Below are positions 54,586 through 64,000 of a DNA stretch of 64,000 nt, piece after piece. This stretch comes from Octopus vulgaris (taxonomy: Eukaryota): NCBI GenBank assembly GCA_951406725.2, contig OX597842.1, positions 2,232,001 to 2,296,000 on the forward strand, in the 5' to 3' direction. The translations under genes and the position numbers were made by a program. Each line of letters opens with the position of its first letter. Position 1 is the stretch's first letter. The notes under the pieces are model-generated. The model was not told where the DNA came from. It saw nothing but the letters and a program-made list of their open reading frames with translations, and did no database searches.

Positions 54586-55025
54586 CAAAACACTACGAAA
54601 AACACTGTTGAATAAAGGGAAATTACTCCAATAGGCATGGTGAAAGTGATACTTCCTTCATAGGATCCACATATGCACACACACACACGTACATGTATGC
54701 ATTCACATGTATGTATATCTATCTATATACATACTCACACACGCATGTACATATACATACAAACACACATATACGTATATATGTGTCTACGCATACACGC
54801 ACATACACACACTTATATACTAATGCATACATCTCTACGCTCATATATGCATCTCTACATGCACACACATATGCATACGTGGCTATACAAAATATAGTTT
54901 ATACGCATATGCATAAAGCTTCAACTCAGTCATACGCCTCTGTTTTGCTTGTTTTTGAGTTTTACTACATAAAGGTCACCAACTGCTTACCCTCTTTTTT
55001 TGCCTGATATCTATCTATCTATCTA

Positions 55026-55079
<54 letters not shown>

Positions 55080-55104
55080 TGTGTGTGTGTGTGTGTAATG
55101 ACGA

Positions 55105-55660
55105 GAGACTGAAACCTCTGGAAATATGCTGTGACTGTGAAGACCCGACAAATAACGTGAGTTCATGGCTGTTTCCTGCAACAGCTTCACATAGAAGCCC
55201 CAGCCCTTCCAAAGTGCCTTGGATAGCAGGATGGCCTGCTGTGCTTACCTTGGATCATTGGGCAACCTGCTTTGCTCGAGGAGACCTATTGGGTCAAATA
55301 CATAAACATCAACATCAAAAGATCAAATGGAAATTGTAGTAGTGATACCTGTGCTGGTGGCACATTAAAAGCACCATCCGTATGTGGCCGATGCCAGCGC
55401 TGCCTTGACTGGCTTCCGTGCCGGTGGCACGTAAAAGGCACCAACCAATCATGGCCATTGCCAGCCTCCCCTGACACCTGTGCCGGTGGCATGTAAAAAG
55501 CACCCACTACACTCGCAGAATGGTGGGCGTTAAGAAGGGTATCCAGCTGTAGAAACACTGCCAGATCAGACTGGAGCCTGGTGCAGCCTTCTGGCTTCCC
55601 AGACCCCAGTTGAACTGTCCAACCCATGCTAGCATGGAAAACAGATGTTAAACGATGATG
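55105..55660 (+). mobile_element. SINE family C, long copy
   Basis: Reverse complement of 7766-8280. Confidence 0.88.
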
Positions 55661-56536
55661 ATATGCACACACAGAGTGCAAACATGCTATCTTTAAGATA
55701 GCATGTTTTACATTGGTGTATTATCATTGTATCGTATATTCTGTAGTGAATATGCAGCTGTATAGATATGGCATGCATGTGGGGAAAATGCTGGCAAGAT
55801 GTGCAACCTGCATGAAGCTTAAACATCAATAATGGAAATGTAAAATAGAGTAATAAGATGAAATACAATTATGTTAAGAGAACATGCATTTATAAAGCAT
55901 TTGAAAAATTACATGGTAATTTTGTGTCAATAAACTTTGTAGCATATATATATATATATATACATGCATATACATACTGTGATGGATTTTTGATACAGTT
56001 GGTATTCCATTACTAAATACATTATCATCATAAATACTGTTCTCCTATCTACATTTGAGAGTAAATTCACAGTATTGTCACTCTTTTGATTCAAAGCAAA
56101 CGAAAGAAGTATATTATTTGTTTATATATATCATGCAGTTATGTAATTGAATATTATTACATACAAAGTGTGGCAAAGCAAGCTGATATTTAGATTTATA
56201 ATAGCAATGTAATTTTAGTATTAGGTTAAGGCAATGGGCTGACATTCACAACTGTGCATCACCAATTGAGTTTCTTCATAACTTCCAGATAAATGCATTT
56301 TTTTTTTACTGAAATTTTATACAAATATGCTTCAGATGACATAAATTCTGATTATATCTGCATTTGTTGTAAAATAAAAAAATGTTTCCAGAGCAGTTTC
56401 AGAAAATTCATGCAAATTTGTTTCTCATAACTTTGTGAGAAATAAGTATTTTTGAATAAAAATTTCAACAAATATCTTTGAGAGTGTATAGATTATGGTA
56501 ATATTGGAAGCAGTGGTGGTGGACAAGCACATACAT

Positions 56537-56584
<48 letters not shown>

Positions 56585-56589
56585 GGCAG

Positions 56590-56745
56590 GCTGTTTTAAG
56601 TTTCTCTTTATCAAATCCATTCAAGGCTTTTGCCAGCCCCAGGTTATAGTAGTAGAAGACACTTGCCCAAGGTGCCATGCTGTGGAATTAAACCCACAGC
56701 CATGTGGTTGGAAAGCAACCTTCTTACCACACATCCACACCTGTA

Positions 56746-56781
<36 letters not shown>

Positions 56782-57081
56782 TATCTCCTTCCTATCATTG
56801 TACACATCCACCCTCTTGATTCTTTCCACCCCCACCCCACATAATATCTGTTTCTTTATTACCCACAAGGGGTTAAACATAGAGGGGACAAACAAGGACA
56901 GAAAAATGGATTAAGTCGATTACATTGACCCCAGTGCGTAACTGGTACTTAATTTATCAACCTCGAAAGGATGAAAGGTAAAGTCGACTTCGGCGGAATT
57001 TGAACTCAGAATGCAACGGCGGACAAAATACTGCTACGCATTTCGCCCAGCGTGCTAACGTTTCTGCCAGCTTGCCGCCTT
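56590..57081 (-). mobile_element. SINE A 5' fragment (56590-56725) and SINE D (56848-57081)
   Basis: Match the respective consensuses. Confidence 0.85.
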
Positions 57082-57516
57082 CACCCCACATAATATCTTC
57101 TCCACAGACTCATCCTACGTACACACTTTTAACTCTTTCTTTTTTCATTTCCTCTCTATATTTTCCTAACAACAAGGTCTGAAAGACGCACAGTGTAATA
57201 GCACACCTTTGACGCAAGTCTGAGGAAATGCCTCTCCAATGCCTAAAACCACAAATATTAGGTGATTTTTTTTTTAGAATTTTTGTGCAAACTGGAGTTG
57301 CAAATGGAAATAGTACGGAAACATTAGTAACTTACTGTCAAAGATGTGTTAAAGAATTTTCTTTGTCCTCTTCTTTTACTTGTATATTTAATTAATATAT
57401 ATATAATATATACACAGACATGCAGGAAGTAAATAGACACCTTTAATTTTCCAAATCTTTTATTTGATATGCAAAGTGAACAATTGAAATGTAACCGATA
57501 GGTAGCACTACATACT

Positions 57517-57725
57517 TTAGTATTTAGTTGACGTTCCCTTTGCAGTTTTTAATTCAGAAACTCTTTTTGGCATTGAACTATAATGAGCTTTGTGATTGTC
57601 TCATGTGGAATTTCTGCCCACTTTTCACACAACAATCGAAACAATTCAGCTTTAGATTTAGGTTTCTGTCAAGTTTTTCGTATAGCTCTATCTAGTATGC
57701 TCCAAAGATTTTCAATTGGGTTCAT
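57517..57725 (-). pseudogene. Tc1-family transposase C-terminal remnant
   Basis: MNPIENLWSILDRAIRKT*QKPKSKAELFRLLCEKWAEIPHETITKLI/SSMPKRVSELKTAKGTSTKY*, containing the NPIENLW motif. Confidence 0.9.
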
Positions 57726-57807
57726 GTTAGGCTATAGTAGATGGCACTTGCCTAAGTTGCCAAGCAGTGAAACTGAACCCAGAATCACATGGTTGGGAAC
57801 CAAACAA

Positions 57808-58012
57808 GTGGGAGCTTTAAGTTCCTGGCTTTAAGAGTATCGTGTAAGTCCTGGTTGGACAACCAACCTTTTGAGGTCTTTTACAGGGCTGAAGGACCAC
57901 TGCAATAAGTGTGTGAATCTGAGAGGGGAATATGTTGAATAAAATCATAATTAACTGATCCTCCTCTATTTTCTTTTACCCAAAGCCAGGAACTTTTCAG
58001 CCCCACCTCGTG
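57808..58012. mobile_element. Mariner-type MITE
   Basis: Inverted ends gtgggagctttaagttcctggcttt / aaagccaggaacttttcagccccacctcgt. Confidence 0.7.
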
Positions 58013-58020
58013 TATGTGTA

Positions 58021-58055
<35 letters not shown>

Positions 58056-58214
58056 CTGTATGTATGTATAATGATATCTGTATGTGTACATTGACAGCTG
58101 TGTGTGGTGTGGAAAATTAATGAACTGTGCCAAGTGTGACATGTTTCCTCCATTATTTTTGGCATAATAAATATTGGGTGGGGTGGGTGTTTGGGAAAGG
58201 GTTGTGCTATTGAT

Positions 58215-58850
58215 AATAGTAGTAGTGGTGGTGCTGGTGGGGTGGTGAGGGTGGCGTTAGTAATGATTGCAGTGATTGTTTCATGAGATATGATGGTGGC
58301 AGAGGTTGTGGTTGTGGTGATGTTAGTGCTTGATGGTAGTGGTGGTGGTGGTGGTGGTGGTAGTGATGGTAGCGGTACTGAAGGTAGTTGTAGTAGTAGT
58401 GTTGGGGATGATGGTTGTAGTAGTAGTGAGGGTAGTAGTTGCAATAGTGATAGTTGTAGTAGTAGTAGTAGTGATGACGATATTAGTTGAGGTGGTAGTA
58501 GTAGTTGTAATTGTGGTGGTGGTAGTTTTTGTAGTAGTAGTAGTAGTAGTAGTAGTAGTAATTGCGGTCGTGGTGGTTGTAGTAGCAGTAGTAATTGTAC
58601 TTGTAGTAGTAGTGATGATAGTTGTGGTGGTGGTGGTGGTGGTAAAGTGTTGTGATGATTATAATTGTAGGTGTGTGGGTGGTGATGGTGAAGGGAGGTG
58701 TTGTGGTGGTGGCGGTGGTGGTGGTGGTGGTGATGGTGTGTTGTAGCTGGAAGGTGAATGTGTGAGTGGTAGTGTCGGTGATTGTTGAGGTGTTGATGAT
58801 TGTGATTTTGGTGGTGGTGGTCATAGTTGTGTTGAAATTGAGGGTGATGG
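58215..58850. repeat. (GGT/AGT)n low-complexity field
   Basis: Visible runs. Confidence 0.88.
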
Positions 58851-58920
58851 TGGAAGAATATTTGGTTAAATGGATTAATCTCAGTACTTAGATTTTTCCC
58901 GCCTGGTACTTATTCTATCG

Positions 58921-59210
58921 GAACCCAGAACCATGTGGTTGGGAAGCAAGCTACTTACCACACAGCCACTCCTATATACACACACACACACACACATTAC
59001 ATATTTAGAGGGGGATTGAAAAGTAACTCTCTATTTTAAAATACTGATGAATTATTGTAGGAGTGGCCGTGAGGCGGCGTAGGAGTGGCTGTATGGTAAG
59101 TAGGATTAGGAGTGGTTGTGTGGTAAGCAGCTTGTTTACCAACCACATGGTTCTGGGTTCAGTCCCACTGCACGGCACCTTGGGTAAGTGTCTTCTACTA
59201 TAGCCTCAGA
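58921..59210. mobile_element. SINE family A head fragments (minus 58921-58973; plus 59058-59210 with triplicated head)
   Basis: taggagtgg occurs 3 times before tgtggtaagcagcttg. Confidence 0.75.
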
Positions 59211-59260
59211 GGCCATATAGACCCTGGTTGAAAACCACTGGTGTGAATGAATGCCATGGT

Positions 59261-59420
59261 AATACAGATGAGTTGGGAGACAAACTAAGTGTAAGAGGAA
59301 TCAGATGACATGTGTAAGGGAGATAACTGCGTCGGTACAGACATGTAATGAGTAGAGATGGGGACAGATGTGTAAAGATGTTTTAGATGCAAGGAAATGT
59401 GAGAGTGGGAAACCAAGGAT
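59261..59420 (+). pseudogene. RTE-clade LINE C-terminal remnant
   Basis: NTDELGDKLSVRGIR*HV*GR*LRRYRHVMSRDGDRCVK...CESGKPR resembles the RTE RLRWYGHVMR...RGRPR tail. Confidence 0.7.
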
Positions 59421-59529
59421 GCTGCAGATAGAAGCGGGGAAAGTTGATTGCAGGATGATGATGGGTGTTGACGACATGCTGTTTGGTGAAGACACACCTA
59501 ACCAGTGCAGACATGGAGATGTGGATGTA

Positions 59530-61400
59530 AAAATGCTGGTGATGGTAGTGGTGGTGGTGGTGGTGGTGATTACAAATATGAAAATAATGATGACAGACAT
59601 GATAGTGATGATGATGAGGATGATGATTATGTGAAATAAGATGATCATAACCATAGCGATGATGATGATGACATTAACAACGATGATGATGATTGTGATG
59701 ATGATAATGAGGAAAGTAATGATGAAAATGATGAGGACGATGACTACATGAAATAAAACAATGATGCTGACCACAACTATGAATATAATGATGACAAGCA
59801 TAATAGTGATGATGATGACACTGACGATGATGAGATGCTGTGTAGAGGTGACCCATACAGAAGTGGATGCAGAACAATGATGATGATGAGGAGGAGGAGG
59901 AGGAGGAAGCAGAGGAGGGGAAGGAGTAGTAGTAGGATGACGATGATGTTGATGAGAACAACAATGATGATGATGATAATCATAAGGACAATAACAATGG
60001 TAATGATGATGATGAGGAGGAGGCGGTGAATGGGGAGGACAATTATGATGTTGAAGGGGACAACGATGAAGATGATGAGGGCAATGATGATGACACTAGT
60101 GACAATCATGAAGATGATGATGATGATGGATGGTGATGACAATGTAAACAATGATGATGATCAGGGTTTAGACAATGACAGCAATAAAGATGACAATGCT
60201 GATGGTGATGATGATCATGACAATATTGATGACGATGATGATGACAATGTCAATGAACATGATGATTACAATGTTGATGATGATGACAACGTCAATGATG
60301 ATGATGATGAGGAAGATGACAATGTCGATGATAATGATGACATTGTCGATGATGATGATGATGACAATGTCGATGATGATGATGACGACAATGTTGATGA
60401 TGATGATGACAATATCGATGATGATGATGATGACAATATCGATGATGATGATGATGACAATGTTGATGATGATGATGACGACAATGTTGATGATGAAGAT
60501 GACAATGAAGATGATGGTGAAGATGACAATGATGATGATGGTGAAGATGACAATATCGATGATGATGACGATGACAATGTTGATGATGATGACGACAATA
60601 TTGATGATGATGATGACGACAATGAATGGTGAATGGGCAGGACAGTTATGATGTTGAAGAGGACAACGATGAAGATGATGAGGGTTATGACCATGGCACT
60701 AGTGACAATCATGAAGATGATGATGGTGATGAGGTATAGTTGGATGGTGATGACAATGTAAACAATGATGATGATCAGGGTTTAGACAATGACCGCAATA
60801 AAGATGACAATGTTGACGACGATGATGATGGCAATGTTGATGATGATGATGACAATGATGATGATGATGATGATGGTGAAGATGACAGTGTTGATGATGA
60901 TGATGACGATGAAAATGAAAATGTCGATGATGATGATGACAATGTTGATGATGATGATGACAATGACGATGATGATGAAGATGACAATATCGATGATGAT
61001 GACGATGACAATGTTGATGATGATGATGACGACAATGTTGATGATGATGATGACGACAATGATGATGATGAAGATGACAATGATGATGATGGTGAAGGTG
61101 ACAATATCGATGATGATGACGATGACAATGTTGATGATGATGATGACGACAATGTTGATGATGATGATGACGACAATGATGATGATGAAGATAACAATGA
61201 TGATGATGGTGAAGGTGACAATATCGATGATGATGACGATGACAATGTTGATGATGAAGATGACAATGAAGATGATGGTGAAGATGACAATGTCGATGAT
61301 GATGACAATATCGTTGATGATGATGATGGTCGCAATGTTGATGACGGTGAGGAAGATGACAATGTTGACGATGAAGATGGCAAGGATGATGATATGATGT
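59530..61400. repeat. (GAT)n-derived field including a ~600 bp tandem duplication (units from 60025 and 60628)
   Basis: The anchors cactagtgacaatcatgaagatg and aatgtaaacaatgatgatgatcagggtttagacaatgac each occur twice. Confidence 0.9.
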
Positions 61401-62094
61401 TGGGGATTGCTGCAATGTGACAATCAGAGTAGCAATTGTGATACTAACGTGTTGTCATGGTAATCATAGAGTTGTTGTGATGATGTTGATGTTGTGACGT
61501 CGATGCTGGAATGCCACGATGATGACGGCACAAGCGCCACCGCTGCCACCGATGGTTACTCTGATGGTGTGCGCATGAAGGGAGGCGGTGGTATGCACAC
61601 GGAGGGAGCAGAGACAGGGGTGGGGGTTCGGTGCGGTTCGCACTAATTGTCATTTTGCTTGAGGATGAAGTGAGAAACGGGGGGGGGAGGGTGGAGGTGG
61701 GTAGTGCACGATTAGAAGAAGGAAGAGGAAGAGGAGGAGGAGTTGAGGATGAACATATGCTGGGATGCGAGAGGAGTGTCGGGTGGTGGGGTGGATGGAA
61801 ATGATAGCAGTGGTGGTGGGCACTATATTAGGAAGGGGGGGAGGGAAGTTAAGTGGTCTGGAAGATGTCTGGCGATGGGGTGTAGGTTGATGGTGGGGTG
61901 GAGTGCCTGTGTCTGCGGATGGGCAGGGTGGGTTGGTGGTGCGCAGGTGGGGTTGTAGGTATGAATTGGAGGTGGGGCAGACTGGCATTTTTTGTTCTAT
62001 TTTTTGTTTTTGGGGGTTTTTTTTGCGTTGGATGGTATTGGGTTCCACAGTATGATCAAGAATGTCTCCCCGACCCCCCCTTGATGCTCACTCC

Positions 62095-62870
62095 CACCAC
62101 CACTTTACCTCCTTTTGCTATGTTAGTACTACTACTACGACCACCACCACTACTGTCACCATCATTACAACTACCACCTGCACCACATCGAACAACACCA
62201 CTACCACCTATACCACTGCCAATGCTACAACCACCACCACCACCACTACCATTACTACTATTATCACCACTACCACTACCACCACCCCACTGCTACTGTC
62301 ACTATTACTACAGCCATCACTACCACCACCATCACCACCACCATCACTGCCACTACTACCACCATCACTACCAACACCATTATCTCCACTACCATCATCA
62401 CAGCCACCACCACCAACACTACCACCATTATCAGCACAACCCCCACCACTATCATACCATCACTACCATTTCTGTTACCTTTACTGTGTTACCATCACGA
62501 TCACCACTACAGCCATCATTACTACCATGACCACCACAACTATCATTACCATCACCACTGGCATCTGCACCATCACCAGCAGCACCTTCACTTCCATCCC
62601 CATTACCACCTCCAGACACCTTCACCATCACCACCACCACAACCAGTACTACAACCACTGTCACCACCGCTATCATTGTCATCACCACCACCATTTTCAC
62701 TATCACCTCCATCAGCTTCAACACCATGGCTCACCACCACCACTGCCACCACCACTGCTACTACCACCACCACCACCTTCACCTTCAGAAACCATTACCA
62801 GCATCAGCATCAAGAATGACTTCATGTCCCCCACCATCACTACAACCACCACACCACTACCCCTGTAACA
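62095..62870. repeat. (CAC/CAT/CTA)n low-complexity field
   Basis: Visible runs. Confidence 0.88.
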
Positions 62871-63084
62871 GCTATAACCACTAATTCTAGCAACTATACT
62901 ACACATGATGTAATGTAGTCCTATATACACTGTGTGTGAATATAAGTTGGGATGGTCACAACTGGAACGTATTTGATCATTGATTTATGGGACCAAAACT
63001 GCCCTGGGACTAAACAATGACAACTGTAGCTATTAATACTAATGAGTATATTAGTGAGTATATCTGTATGTGTGTGTGGGGGGT

Positions 63085-63295
63085 GCTTTTGTGTTTGTGT
63101 TCCAATCTCCCCCCCCCCCATTTGTCAACCTGTGTTGGTTTGCTTACATCCCTGTAATATAGCAGTTCAGCTGAAGACACCAATAGAATAAATACTAAAC
63201 TTTAAAATGAGTTCTGGTGTCGATTTGTTTGACTGAGCAATTCAAGGTGGTGCCCCAGCATGGCCAGACTTCAATGACTAACAGGTAAAAGATGG
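63085..63295 (+). mobile_element. Diverged SINE family A, 3' half
   Basis: ttacatccctgtaa...ggtgccccagcatggcc. Confidence 0.7.
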
Positions 63296-63430
63296 AGTCT
63301 TTAGCCTTACTTGTACACTTCTGTATGCAAGTATGAACATGTGTGTGTGTGTGTGTGTGTGTGGATTTTCCTTATATATTAAAAACACCCATGTTGGTGC
63401 CAGGTCAAATGCACCTTGTCCATTCTGTGA

Positions 63431-64000
63431 AGTGGTTGGCATTTAGGAAGGGCATCCAGCTGTAGAAACCATTCCAAAGCAAACCTCACTGGTGCTGATG
63501 CCGAGTGAAAAGCACCCGGTCCTTTCTGTAAAGTGGTTGGCATTAGGAAGGGCATCTAGCTGTAGAAACCATTCCAAAGCAAACCTCACTGGTGCTGATG
63601 CCGAGTGAAAAGCACCCGGTCCTTTCTGTAAAGTGGTTGGCATTAGGAAGGGCATCCAGCTGTAGAAATCATTCCAAAGCAGACTGGTGCCGGGTGAAAA
63701 GCACCCGGTCCTTTCTGTAAAGATGTTGGCATTAGGAAGGGCATCCAGCTGTAGAAACCATTGCAAAGCAGAGCTCACTAGGTGCTGGTGCCGAGTGAAA
63801 AGTACCTGGTCCTTTCTGTAATGTGGTTGGCATTAGGAAGGGCATCCAGCTGTAGAAACCATTCCAAAGCAGACCTCACTGGTGCTGGTGCCGAGTGAAA
63901 AGCACCTGGTCCTTTCTGTAAAGTGGTTGGCATTAGGAAGGGCATCCAGCTGTAGAAACCATTCCAAAGCAAACCTCACTGGTGCTGATGCCGAGTGAAA
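63431..64000 (+). repeat. 100 bp tandem satellite derived from SINE family C; runs to the window end
   Basis: Units start at 63431, 63531, 63631, 63721, 63821 and 63921, with core agtggttggcattaggaagggcatccagctgtagaaac. Confidence 0.93.

Noticed and set aside
60030-61420. Asp-rich ORFs (60030..60632, 60740..61420) resembling acidic biomineralisation proteins
   Set aside because: They are (GAT)n-derived, open in several frames and on both strands, and have no signal peptide or non-repetitive domain. The same composition occurs in clearly non-coding tracts nearby. Only RNA-seq or proteomics could rescue them.
63431-64000. CRISPR-like regular array
   Set aside because: The whole unit repeats with no unique spacers; the context is eukaryotic and there are no cas genes.

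Overview
Eukaryotic, AT-rich window very rich in microsatellites, with no intact protein-coding gene that I can support. The SINE families and the (TA)n/(CA)n/(GAT)n/(CTAT)n landscape resemble octopus genomic DNA (inference from recognised repeats, not verified). Nearly all listed ORFs are translations of simple repeats or SINEs. Real content: at least five SINE families, two decayed mariner elements, a Tc1 remnant, piggyBac-type TTAA MITEs, non-autonomous Helitrons, RTE-LINE fragments and a 5'-truncated Penelope-like element (PLE) with a GIY-YIG remnant. Three signals stand out. (1) About a dozen minimal hammerhead-ribozyme-like motifs from several unrelated PLE-like families, mostly as inverted pairs in or near TA-rich tracts; one family shows compensatory changes in stem I. 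(2) A ~1.3 kb fold-back palindrome (8973-10270) whose apex lies inside a SINE head, plus an extra flipped copy of the apex. (3) A duplicated, heavily decayed segment (4490-6060) that may derive from a SUV3-like RNA helicase gene. All alignments and folds were done by eye.
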